A stretch of DNA of 64,000 bases from Antedon mediterranea (Eukaryota; Animalia; Echinodermata). The position numbers were made by a program, and so were the translations under genes. The notes beneath the pieces are model-generated. The model was not told where the DNA came from, made no database searches, and saw nothing but the letters and a program-made list of their open reading frames with translations. The stretch spans positions 31,186,001 to 31,250,000 of the forward strand of contig NC_092674.1 in the NCBI RefSeq assembly GCF_964355755.1, written 5' to 3'. Of the stretch, positions 42,101-53,075 are shown one piece after another. Every line of letters begins with the position of its first letter. Position 1 is the first letter of the stretch.

Positions 42101-45100
42101 AATTTATATTAATATAGTTCACAGATGATGGAATTTATGGTGATACAAAGGAACGCCGAACAATCTGTACTTAGAGGCTTTTGTGTTTGCAATTAATATT
42201 TAGTAGTTGGCATTTAGTATGAAATTCAAATTCTAATTAAGTTTACATTAGCCTTTTTAAGCGAATTGATCATGATAAATTGGTTTACTTTTTTTTGTAG
42301 TTAATGTTGTATGGAGTCTGATTTTTATCTAGATCATCTGTAAAGGAAATTGTAGTCTCGGGAAACCTGAAATTCTTTAATTAAAGTAAATCATCATCAT
42401 AGATATTTTATATAATCAGTTCTATTTAATATTTATTATCACTTTTTCCAAATATAATTTTTTGCTAGTTCACATTAACTTTACAAAACTACATTCTTAT
42501 GATGTATATATTACTAGCCTAGGACACAAAGAAATACTGTCTGACCAAAAGTGGACAGACTAGTCAGCAAATAGAGCAACGATATTTTATAGAGAAACTT
42601 AGCAATCTGGGTTCCTAAAAGTTTATGCAAGCGTATAAGAGTGCTACGTCTTTAAATAGCAAAGCGTTAAAATCAATTTGCCAGTTGCAACTCATTAGGG
42701 CAAGAATTAGTTTTTCTGTTCATTATTTCAATTAATTTACAGTGCTCATTAAACAAAGTCCTAAACAATTCTCAATGTCCAATTATTAATGCTGTAATAA
42801 CCTCAGGAAACATTCACAAAAGTAAAACGAGTTTCGCTTCCTAAAATAAAAAAGAGAAAAAAGCTAGGAAAAGTTGGCACTTACGCCAGCTGTCCTGTTA
42901 CTTTTAACGTGAAACATTGTGTCGAAAGGAAACGAAAACGCTCCATTTGACTGGAACTGTTCTGCTGATTTTTATATCAATAATCAAACAATGGGTTAAC
43001 GAGTTAAAAGCCCTTTTAAAAGCCCTTAATTCTTCCAATTCAACAATTGTATTGTTTCCGACTCAATTTCTATAATTCATTTCACTTATACAATTTCAAA
43101 TACTGTGGAAGAAAAAACTTGCCCGGGGTCAATGAATGGTGGAAAAGAACACTAACAAACACAGTATCAATTTTCTTCCATTTCAATAGAGTAATCCTAA
43201 GTATAGTGTTAATTTAGCATCTTGTAAAATATTCATTCAAGCATTATATTTATTCAAGCTGTTTCTTAATTCTTTCTTTGCAAATAAATTATTTAGCAAG
43301 TTTAGTATGTTTTTCTTTCTTGTACTTAGCCACACCAATATTCTATTATGCAACTTCTGCTCTTTTATTCCTATGTATTTATAAGTACATTTTCAGAAAG
43401 TTTTGTTTATACTTTGTAACACCCTACTTTTAATAGAATTTGTATTTTTATTAAGAATTATTTAAAAAAACAGATTAATAATTTAAGAAAGTAAGTATAC
43501 TAAAACTAATGATTAAAATAAGTAAAAAAATAATATATACTATGTAAATATGTTTCTTGTTAATTAAACCTTCACAATGAAGTTTTGTAAAATAGTAAAA
43601 TCAGTTATGAAAATGAATTTTGTAATAAGGTTCTTTTAATTTATTCTTCTCCAATATTATAGCTAACAAATAATGATTATGAAATCATTTTGAATTAATT
43701 TCAATCTGGTTCTTGGCAGTTTTTAATTTAAATGAATTAAAGAACAGAAGTAAATTACTTTCAATTTATTTGAATTAATTGCAAAATAATAATTATTCAA
43801 ATATTATACAACAAATAGATTATTTCTTTTGATTATATTTCTTAAATTATTAAATTATAAATTATGATTTAATAAATGTCAGAAAGTTTTGTAATTAAAA
43901 TAGCTCAACCTTTGATTAAAACCATATATTCTTGAAGTGTATAATGATAATTTAAACATGTTCATGTTTGCAAAATTAAACAAGTCAATCTTATTCATTA
44001 AATTATTCTTTTCAATTGGTTTTGAGATAGAAAAAAGGATGAGAAGGTGAAAGATGGAAAAAGTAAGTTCTTTCTAATAATATATCAAGTAAAGTCTTGG
44101 GGTTTTGAGATGAAATTCTTTATTTTAACATTTTAAATACACTGTCTACAAAATTCTTTTTTTTTTTTTTATTTAATATTTCACCCAGAGGCTGCTCACA
44201 AGGCACAGCCTTAGTCTCCAGGAGCCTCTGCAACATAACAAATATGAGCTTAGCAACAGAAGGTGGGAATATATAAAATAAAATTCATTTTAAATTTGCT
44301 GAAATATAAACATGTTTTAGTATATCCCACAACACCACAAACACGATTTTGGGGTCCAAAGACCAGACTATCAAGTAGCCCACTTAACCCTCATTATCAT
44401 TCATAATATATTATTTGCGGAGGACCAATCTACAATGTATTTCACATAACAAACACATTCTATGGTTATTCAAAGGCATGTGACAATGGCGGTTGATTTA
44501 TTCAAAATTTTAAAATGATTTATATATCTATTTATAAATGATATATTTACTTTCATTTTAAAGATAGAATTCAGAGCTGGGATACATTATATCTTTTTAT
44601 AGGAATTTTGTAACTAATTTCCATCAATATTTTGTAGATTCAGATTTTGTGGCTTGCAATCTAAAGCTCTGTCTACACTATCAAAAACAAAAAAAAAGTG
44701 TGATGTGGCCAAATATGGTAGTAATATGCCCAAATATGGTAGCGATATGTCTATTATATGGGCACATTACATACATTTTTATAGTGTAGACAGAGATTAA
44801 CATTTCACCCTTACCATCAGGACAAAAATAATTTTTTTTCTTTTTTATTATCGTTTTCACAATTGTTGCAGCAGAACCAATTTAATCAAATTTCCAACTC
44901 ATCCATAAAAAAACAATACAGTTTATAAATTCAATTGTGCTTTTAGGAATTATATACATATTATCTACCGTATATATAAATGGTAGTTATTGCAATTGTA
45001 TAAAACTCAATAACAATATTTTATAGATGTATAAAATAAAAAAAGCCGATTCTAATTCATAAATTTCTATTTTTATGTATTTTGAGTTGATTGCATTTTG

Positions 45101-47279
45101 TCTTGAAGTCAATCATTCATCAATTCAAATACATTTTAAAAACTTTGCAAGATTACAATTGCTTAAAATGTACTTTTTTTAATAGTCTTGATGGAATTTT
45201 CAAAATGCAATTGTATAGATTAGGTTTTGAAAACAAGACACCAGTTTACCATCAAGTTGGATTAAACCTGCCAGTTGGCATCTGACAACAGTCATGTAAG
45301 ATTTACAAATGCTTAAGATAAAAGTTATTAGCAACAGTAAAAGAAAAGTAATAAACAAATGACAAACCACTCTTTGAAGGGGGTCTACAGATAATAAAGA
45401 GTGGAGAATAAACACTCTGTACAACATCAAATACAGGAGATTTTATGGGCTTACCTAGAAATAGGCTTCCATTACACTTGTGTGGCCTTACAGGAGTATT
45501 TACCAGTGGATAGCTAGCCAGTAAAATGTATGGAAGAGGTCATATTATGCAGTCAGGTAATATTTGAAGAAGAGAAAACAAACATGATTGAATACTAAAA
45601 GCTCCTAGGACCAAGGATAAGTCAATCTTAAAAGTTGGCTTTAATACCAAAGAAAACAATGAAATGCAAAGTATACTTATAAATTACAAAAATTAAACTT
45701 TAAGTCAATATTTAAAGTGAATTATAACGTTTATTGTTCTTGAAAATACTTAAACTTATTAAATACAGATTTAGTTAATAAATACAAAGTATATTGAACT
45801 ATTGAATGATATGCCTCATGGTTATATTACAGAAACTAAATAACATTATTGCTTGTAACTTACAACATGATACACTGTGAGGTTAGCGTATCATTATTAT
45901 ACACCCCCACACATCTGTTGCACCCCAACCCGCATCAACATTTCACGCCCTTTCTGAAATTACTATACAAGGATTCATACTTCATACAGCACTATGTTCG
46001 GTACAACATCAGATGAATGAATGATTTACGATTTCGCTTTTCCCCCCTTACCAATAAAAGATGTATTTATTACTGTATCAGTTTACTACTTTTATCAGAT
46101 AAAAGTACAATAGGCTGAAGGAGTGAATAATGTTATGTTCTTTAATTGTCTATTCCATTAAAAAACAATATTAATGTTTTTTCCGTCTTAAAAGGGTGAA
46201 ACGAAAATGCTCTCATGCAACCTGGCCTTGGTGAAAAAAACTTGATAAAACAAATTCACCGCTTTCCCCTATGAATTATTAGATGTTTGTGGAACAAAAG
46301 TTAATTACAAAATGATTATCTGAATTGAAAAAGTGTATCTTTTTTAAAGGTGTATTTACACAAGAGTTACTACTAGTTATTGTACATGCGCAGAAAGCGC
46401 TCATGTGCAGTATTATACCCGTGTCGTTAACATCGATGTGTAATAACAAATTTTTTTTTTTTCATTTGAACACAGAACAAATGACTGTTAATTATGATTG
46501 ACGGCAATTTAACAGATAGAAAAAAGATTGGTAACCAGCATAGTTTAACTATGATTGACCGCAATTTCAGATAGAGAAAAGATTGGTAACCAGCATAGTT
46601 TTATTTAAATAAAAACAAAACATTCTTTTATAATATAGAACATCGATTGAAAACTGTGAAGGCAGTTAGAGGATTTACAGAAAGCTACAAAACATAATGA
46701 TACAAAGTAATTTAATTCTTTTACAAAACACACAAAGCCGATTATCCCATACAATTAACAAATCAAAGTTATTGTGATAACAAAAAAAATGAACAAAACT
46801 GAAATGCTAATCATTCTTTTTATCAAATCATATGTGTTAAAATAATCGTACAATAAAGCAATTTATTGCTTGTTTGAACGGGATAATAATTTTTATTACC
46901 TCTCTTCCTATCTATAGTTGTAAACAGATGTTTTTCCAATTGTATCCGTTTATCTGTTAGCCACAGATGTGTGATTTTTGTGATTGCCTTTTGTATATTG
47001 CCTTCTTAAATTGCATATAAAAACCAGAATCATATCAGAAGACGGAAGCCATAACATTTGAAAACACTGGTAAAAATAACAAACTTGAAATTGGACAAAT
47101 GTGAAGGAAGTATGAGTTATCTGCAGTAAAAGTTCAACTGCAAGTATGTGCTCATTTTAAGTCTGAAACACATCTTATTCCTATAATTGTTATGAATTAA
47201 TTTATAATTAAATTCATATAAATTTAAAAAAGATGACGATGATTGATGATGATGTATGATGTTGTTGATGATGATGATT

Positions 47280-47338
<59 letters not shown>

Positions 47339-50300
47339 ACTAAAGATTTGATGAATTCAATATAAATGTTAAAACATGTGACATTGTACAGAGTAAAGGT
47401 TTAAATTTCATTATTAATATTTGACCACCGGTGTTATTTATCTCAAAGAAACTAATTACACAATTGTATACAAACTATCAGTATGCTTCACAATTACCAT
47501 ACATTATTTGCTTTGTGTCCCAAATCATAGATTTTGTTTAATTAATTTTACTCCGTCTCATTTCAGTATATTGACACAGTTGACAATTGATAAGAAAACA
47601 TTTCACGATCCATTAATAATATCTCTTAGTTGTCGTTATCAACATTTCTTTGTAAATAACTATAGTAGTATGATGTACTAATCGTTAATGGATACCAAAT
47701 CTTCATACTGTCGTTATATATTATATTTTTGCCGGATGTCTTATCAACAGCACTATCATCGTGGTTAACGCATTTTAAAAATGTATTTATTTATGGTTCC
47801 CATTTGTTTACTCTTTTATCTTAAAATAATTTGTTGTGAGGTAATTTCTCAATTCATTTTCAAATCTTGATAGTCATGCCCAAAACAAAATGATTTTTTA
47901 TCATCTTTCCAGGCATTTTTCAATCAATAAATCATACTTTATTTAAAAGAACATTATTTTGTTACACTTTATACACAAATATAACCTACACAGTTGTAAG
48001 GAGTTACTAATTGAATCAAGTCACTACCAACCTATAATTCATAGGATGATGATTACATTTTAAAACTTCTTACAGCAAATATCTTTCCAGTAATATATAG
48101 GGCAAGGAGTCATCATTAATCCTTATTAAATTCGTATCAGGAATAAATATACTATACAAAAATACAGTAGTAGCTTTCTTGGAATTGGGACATAACTACA
48201 CAAAAGAATACTCATAATAACTTCCTAACTATACAGTAGTAGAAAATAGGTTTAGATAACTACCAATCGCATTGCCAAAATTTGATAAATCGCATCATCA
48301 GCTAAAAGATAAATAACGCATTGCTTTTTGTCCAGCTATTTTGTATGAACATGTAAACGATTAATTTAAGTTTATTGTTATTGTTTAAGAAGAATTGAGC
48401 ATTCTTTATAAATGTCTAGAAATTGATGAAAATGATGAAGTGTTCCTGTAAACAAGGTGTTTTTACTCGTTCCAATTAATCATTTTTAATGCACAATAAT
48501 CTTAGCTACTATTATTTTTTTTTATTGACAATCATCATTTAGATATAATTTGTAATTCTTCTGTTATTCTTCTCAAGTCAAGGTCTGAAAATTTATGTTT
48601 GTAAATATGTTGTCTCGGTAAACAAAGTTGTCCCTGCAAGCCATCAAACTACAATTTATTAAAACGTTTTATCCTGTATGATCATTGCCTATTATCGACC
48701 TAATGTGTAAATTGAAAAATCTACTTTCCATCTTTGAATTTTATAAGGGTTTTTTTCAAAAAATAAAACAGGGCAGGTTAACTTTATTCTGGACTTTTAT
48801 GTTAGCTTATTTCTGTCCAGCACAATCACATTAATTACGACTACATTAAAGCCTGTCTAAAAGCCTACACTATCAAACTTTATGAGACAAAAAATATGAT
48901 GTGCCCATATATGGACATGATGATGTCATATCACTATTATATTTGGGCATATCACTACCATATTTGGGCACATCAAACTAGTTTGATAGTGTAGACAGAG
49001 CTTTAATTTAGAATCAGAGTTGTAATTGTTTTATTGTTTCTGAAGGTCAAAAATGGATGTAAACACAAATATGAAGTAGTTGGCGTAAACATCACGATCT
49101 GCTGTGCACTTAAGCTGCAAATACCAATATTCATTATGATGAGGTGAGAGTTTGAAATTACGAGTATACTTCATCATCTGTAGAATTAATTGGATTTCAT
49201 AATACATAATGCCAATTGATATTGTAGAAGAACACTACCCGAGGCCTTATAAATTATAAGTCTTCTTGATAGCCGCTCTGTATTAATAACAATAATCACC
49301 ACAGCGATGGAAATACATTTGGATATAGATTTTCATGTGCAGCAGATTAACTTATGAGAAAATAAACTATATCATGAATTAAATAATTTTCCAAAGCACT
49401 TCAATTTAATAACATATTCTATCAGGTAATAAATAAGCTTTTCTATTTGCAAATTATCAACAAATTCAATTTATTATCGATCCATCAACATTATTTTCCT
49501 ATATAGTAACATGACTTTTAAAAGTACTATGTCTGTACTTAATGTACCACTATATGTTGTAAGTCTGTACTTAATGTACTACTATATATTGTAAGTCTGT
49601 ACTTAATGTACATATGTTGTAAGTCTGTACTTAATGTACTATGTTGTAAGTCTGTACTTAATGTACTACTACAGTATATGTTTGTAAGTCTGTACTTAAT
49701 GTACATATATTGTAAGTCTGTACTTAATGTACATATATTGTAAGTCTGTACTTAATGTACTATGTTGTAAGTCTGTACTTAATGTACATATATTGTAAGT
49801 CTGTACTTAATGTACATATATTGTAAGTCTGTACTTAATGTACATATGTTGTAAGTGTGTACTTAATGTACATATATTGTAAGTCTGTACTTAATGTACT
49901 ATGTTGTAAGTCTGCACTTATAGTATCTTGTAAAGTTAGGTTTGAACTTACTATTTTTCAAGCCTATACTAAATAAAATGCTATATGTTTACTTATTACT
50001 ATATGTTGAGGTCTGTACTTAGTATCTTTCAAGTCTATACTTAATATGCTGTTTATTTGTCTACAACAATATTATTCTAATGATTTCAAATATTGTATTC
50101 AAGATACCTTTCAATTAATTAATCAATTATATAAAACACTATAGAAATTATAATAATTGATTTGTTCTGTATTGCTTATAATAAATATTACGTTACGAAT
50201 AGACAGAATATAATAAGAAGCAGTATTTAATGAAACTACTATTTAATGTAGACTGGTAATTGTCTTCTTCAAAGTAAATATATCTCTATTTGTAAAATGA

Positions 50301-52832
50301 GAAAATACTAACTAATAGTTGGTGATGAGAAATCAAGCGATAAAATAAATTTATGTAATTTGAAGTTTATGTAGTTTTTACAAAGGTGCAAGAAAAAGTA
50401 AATAAATAATTCCATACAAGGTCTTTACGTGATTCAATTTTGTAAATTATTCCAAAATATAAGTTCAGTAACCAACAAAACAGACAAAAAAAGAATAAAT
50501 CTTACAACGAGCAGCTTTTACTAAAGCGCTCAACAATTTATAAACACAATTAACAATTAAATCATTTATTTGAATTCACAGATAGCACGACTGATCAGCT
50601 ACAGCATCATTCTTATATATTCATTCGGGAGAAATAAACAAAATTAATAATTGATTGTACTATTGAATGCAGGGACATTCACCTTTTACAATTGAAATCT
50701 AGAATTTAAGCTTGTCAATTATAATTTGTAGAAATGAGAGTGTGCACTTTTTTTCTATGAATGCGATATCACATTTCCTGACGCGATGTGCGAATTTATC
50801 CAATATTATATTTCATATAATTTTCTTTTAAATCTTTGAAGATAATGAAAATTCTGTTGGAAAATAAGAGGTTTAAGAACTTAGATGTAATACTCGTATG
50901 GACTGTTTAAAATTTAAAATTCTCAATATAACACAAACAGTATACTTGAACATAACAACAAGTACTGTACGTTAAATATTAACTAACAAAATATTTATCA
51001 TATATGATTACAAATAATAATAATTTGATTGCTTTTAAAGTTAAAAAAGTTTGGTTTTGTATGAAAACTTTTGTCTAAAAACTAATAAAAAAAGATGTAA
51101 AAACTAACAAAATGGATGAGTAGAAATGTGCATACAGGATGAAAAGGTAAAAAATGACTAAATTTATTGATTACCAATTATTATTGATTATTGCTTTATT
51201 GATAATGGACAAAAATGTTATCTTATGAATAATTGTGCATCTCTAAATTAATAAAATAAAATGTTTGCAATGTTTATTTGTTTTGATTTGGAGAAGTATA
51301 ATTACAAAGATTTATTGTGATTGTTTGAAAAAGCTAATATTTGACAAATTCATTATTTCTTTCTTTGTTTAATTTCTGGTGACATAATTTACAAGCATTG
51401 AACAAGATTTATAAAGCTATAATGTGTAAATTATATAGTCAGTGTACTAATGATGTATGCTATAAATAATGCCTCAAATAATAGTACATTTCTTAAATTC
51501 AATTAATTTTATAAATAAGTTGTCAAAAATAAATAATTTTGTTAATTTAAATACGTATTTAATCACATTGTATTTTAAATAATCATTTACATAAAAGTAA
51601 AAATATTGTTTGATCATTTAATGTTTCGTCAACTTATTCTGCAATTTCATTGTTTTTCAACAAAAATAACAGTATATACATTTAGATTTGATAATAGTAT
51701 CCTTGTTTAAATAAATACATTATTGATTTTAATATAATTCAATGGCTGGTGTCTAATTGCCTACCATATGACATTTCACATAGAGATATACTAATTAACA
51801 TATTAATAAGTAGTATTTATTATTATGTGTTTTATTGTTAACAATTAAGATATATTTAAAAACTATTGTATATTGAAAAAATGTAATTAGAATTGAAACC
51901 CATTTTCATTTTTATTAAATAATATATTTGTATGCTTTAATAAAATGTGATAATTTTACAATTTTAGATATATACTATATATTTATATTTTAAATATTTA
52001 AATTTATTTTTCACCATTAATTTTTTTTAAATGTTTATATATATGAAATATACAGTAGGTGTCATGCAACAGAATAATACAATTTATTAAAAATTTTTCT
52101 TTCAAGATAAATCATATATTATATATAATTGTAGAATTAATTAATTAACAGTGGCACATAATTGCTATAATTCTGTAAATAGTGGGTCTAAGTATGGACT
52201 AATAAATGAGACCGAATGTGGTGGGCCTTCACATATTTGATTGCAAAACTTTTTTTTCAATATTTTCAAAGGATAAATGTTTATATAATTTAACAATTTA
52301 GTTAATAAATGGTACTTGATTTATTGATTATAACAATACTTTTAATATATATGTATTTATTTATTTATTATATGTGATATAATAAGTATAAAATATAACA
52401 AATAATATTGTCTTACCTGGCTGTGGTACAATCTTGGTATAAGATATCAAACTGTTCCCTGGTCAAAAGTTTGCATCGATTTACACCAGGTTGTATTGCC
52501 CCAAGACCACGTAAGATTCTAACTTGTTCCACATTACAAACAACTGGTGTAATTTCTAGTCTTTTCAACTTGGTATACACTGTATGTAGTCCTCCGACAA
52601 GATGTTTTAGAAACAGTTCAAATGCTTGTGGTAAGCATATCATCATTAGACCATTAATGTTAAAACTGGCAACTTTAGCCCCACGATATTCGACGAGTTT
52701 GCATTCATTATTCGCCGGGTCACTGCTAACAGGGGCTGGAGTACTGTAAGCCGTTTTCTCAAGTTTATACAACACACTCGTTGGTGGTATTTGAGTTGGC
52801 GGTGAACTAACAGCCATATCTGAATATTTCAT
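10..52832 (-). CDS. dach: Dachshund homolog (DACH/Dac), multi-exon, 3' end outside the window
   Basis: The spliced translation contains DD1/Dachbox-N (NECKLVEYRGAKVASF...CLPQAFELFLKHLVGGLHTVYTKLKRLEITPVVCNVEQVRILRGLGAIQPGVNRCKL...SSRPGRPPKR) and DD2/Dachbox-C (IETLLTNIQGLLKVAAENAKQQEKQINLERTEMKLE...AIIQKRLKKEKRAKRRLQEELE). Eight exons (1555 nt) join in frame across GT-AG introns. Confidence 0.98.
286..438 (-). CDS. dach: Dach coding exon 7 (AIIQKRLKKEKRAKRRLQEELE)
   Basis: Acceptor TTTTTGTAG|CCATT and donor CAAG|GTATGT. 153 nt. Confidence 0.95.
1142..1225 (-). CDS. dach: Dach coding exon 6 (DD2 coiled coil, TEMKLEIIRQKELNEAIEKQLQNEMRRI)
   Basis: Not in the ORF track. Acceptor TTTTTTAG|CTGAG and donor ATAG|GTAAGA. 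84 nt, corresponds to the TELKM..EKQL segment of vertebrate DACH. Confidence 0.93.
2395..3960. repeat. Higher-order satellite inside the transposon
   Basis: Runs of a 21-bp monomer TTTCAAATGGATAGCACATT(A/C) alternate with a longer unit GGTAGCACAATCAAATGGATATAGTACTGTACATTATTCTATACGGATTATCGGGTAGCACATT. The edges are degenerate. Confidence 0.97.
3963..4133 (-). mobile_element. 5'-truncated SINE-like retroelement
   Basis: Flanked by the 9-bp direct repeat TATTCTATT (3954-3962 and 4134-4142). It has a (TTCAA)n tail on the minus strand, a GC-richer body, and splits one satellite unit in two. Confidence 0.7.
5290..5440. repeat. Local direct duplication (~100-bp period)
   Basis: AGAGCTGGA..AAATTAATTT..CTGGTAATTGTGTTTAAACTCAAACC occurs twice. 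Confidence 0.75.
10438..10576. mobile_element. MITE family A (PIF/Harbinger-like)
   Basis: TIR AGCTCTGTCTACACTATCAAA, TAA on both sides. Confidence 0.85.
10651..10999. repeat. Minisatellite, 13 units of 25/29 bp
   Basis: GATTGGACTAGTA(CGTA)GTGTAATCCTAA arranged as 2x25, 6x29, 5x25. Confidence 0.98.
11961..12034. mobile_element. MITE family A, internally deleted
   Basis: Both TIRs are present and the centre is missing. TTA flanks. Confidence 0.8.
12675..12863 (-). CDS. dach: Dach coding exon 5 (start of DD2)
   Basis: Acceptor TTTATAG|GAGTATC and donor CGAA|GTGAGT. 189 nt, encodes IETLLTNIQGLLKVA. Confidence 0.96.
13056..13382. mobile_element. MITE family A with a tandem duplication (~135 bp) of its right part plus flank
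   Basis: The right TIR GATAGTGTAGACAGAGCT and the flank TTAATCACATGGTAACAAATACATTTTT occur twice, with TIR ends at 13218 and 13353. Confidence 0.85.
14930..15200. repeat. Degenerate (TGAA)n/(TAAA)n microsatellite
   Basis: Repeated ATGA/TGAA/TAAA tetramers. Confidence 0.85.
17456..17569 (-). CDS. dach: Dach coding exon 4 (HLHNKQQQENGLLPSMVPSLQPPPIAHHNSYHSKMPT)
   Basis: Not in the ORF track. Acceptor TATTTTTATAG|CACATC and donor ACAA|GTAAGT. 114 nt, open in the required phase 1-1 frame, Pro/His/Gln-rich. Confidence 0.8.
18140..18410. repeat. Diverged local duplication (~135-bp period)
   Basis: ATAATTCTGACTGATGAT..GATATATTCAAATGATCGCA and CTAAAATC..TT each occur twice. Confidence 0.75.
22808..23179 (-). 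CDS. dach: Dach coding exon 3 (central Ser-rich region)
   Basis: Acceptor TCTTTCTTTAG|GAGCTC and donor CTTG|GTAAGT. 372 nt, phase 1-1, in frame with ORF 22800..23132, and higher GC than the flanks. Confidence 0.92.
24383..24519. mobile_element. MITE family A
   Basis: AGCCCTGTCTACACTATC...TAGACAGAGCT with the shared core GGACATGATGATGTCATATCACTACCATATTTGGGCA. Confidence 0.85.
24929..25050 (-). CDS. dach: Dach coding exon 2 (SRPGRPPKR..KKSKYESDFHN)
   Basis: Acceptor TATTTTTCAG|TAGCCGA completes the phase-2 Ser codon and gives the conserved SSRPGRPPKR. Donor AATG|GTAAGA. 122 nt. Confidence 0.95.
26419..26560. mobile_element. Degraded Tc1/pogo-type MITE fragment
   Basis: Begins TA|CAGTAGAACC, followed by repeated ACCTCT..AGAGGACAC motifs. 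No second TIR found. Confidence 0.4.
32262..32421. mobile_element. MITE family A
   Basis: Both TIRs intact, TTA on both sides. Confidence 0.9.
35105..35389. repeat. Minisatellite, 5 x 57 bp
   Basis: Unit GGTAATACCAGACCAGATAC(C/T)AAACCTACAGTAGAGAGACAAGTGTCTTAAGAAGTT. Confidence 0.98.
36319..36636. repeat. Minisatellite, 67-bp unit, 5 copies (third truncated)
   Basis: Unit TGCCTTGCTTGCTATGCCCCTTTTGCTTTGGCTAGTCCTTACTTAAGGTAAGCATTTGTCCTAGGTT. Confidence 0.97.
38143..38238. mobile_element. MITE family A, partial
   Basis: TCTACACTATCAAACTTTATGTGACAAAAAATGTG plus the core. The right TIR is absent. Confidence 0.75.
39600..39838. repeat. Purine-rich tandem repeat, 73-bp unit
   Basis: AGAAATGAAAGAAGGAG starts at 39676, 39749 and 39822, with a diverged copy upstream. 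Confidence 0.9.
44157..44232 (-). mobile_element. 3' tail of a non-LTR retroelement (candidate)
   Basis: A poly-T tract (poly-A on minus) sits next to a GC-rich stem-loop CAGAGGCT(44186-44193)..AGCCTCTG(44223-44230). Confidence 0.45.
44665..44797. mobile_element. MITE family A
   Basis: Both TIRs present, TAA on both sides. Confidence 0.85.
47232..47338. repeat. (GAT)n microsatellite
   Basis: Long, nearly pure GAT run. Confidence 0.98.
48850..49002. mobile_element. MITE family A
   Basis: Core and right TIR intact; the left TIR is disrupted by a small insertion or duplication. Confidence 0.85.
49530..49920. repeat. Minisatellite, ~27-35 bp unit
   Basis: TTGTAAGTCTGTACTTAATGTAC plus a variable AT linker, about 14 copies. 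Confidence 0.96.
52417..52832 (-). CDS. dach: Dach coding exon 1 (DD1 domain)
   Basis: ORF 52413..52832 carries the DD1 signature. Donor CCAG|GTAAGA at 52417/52416, phase 2. The start is ATG 52832 or, perhaps more likely, ATG 52817 (MAVSSPPTQ). Confidence 0.97.
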
Positions 52833-52871
52833 ATAAAATAACTATTTAAAAAACAAATACTAGCGATTTAC

Positions 52872-53075
52872 TTATTTCAGACTGGTGGTAGTAGAGCACG
52901 TACGTAATTCTCTAACCCAGTGCTTCGCACGAGTGTTACTATCTAACTGTTCATTCGTTGGTTGGTAGAAATCGTCAAGTGTTTTGATAGCGAGGTCATA
53001 GAGGTCACTCATACTATTATCACTCGCAGGGGTGTTGCCGAAACAACGTATATAACAATAATTGATTCGCGTCAT
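52872..53075 (-). other. Candidate upstream ORF (67 aa) ending 39 nt before the first Dach ATG
   Basis: True ATG at 53075 and a second at 53012; stop TAA at 52874-52872. Same strand as Dach. The transcription start is unknown. Confidence 0.35.

Noticed and set aside
52408-52749. 113-aa plus-strand ORF (likewise 183..431, 22832..23020, 23017..23217)
   Set aside because: Antisense shadows of Dach exons.
52833-53075. uORF as an N-terminal extension of Dach by readthrough
   Set aside because: Three in-frame stops (TAA, TAG, TAG) lie between it and the Dach ATG.
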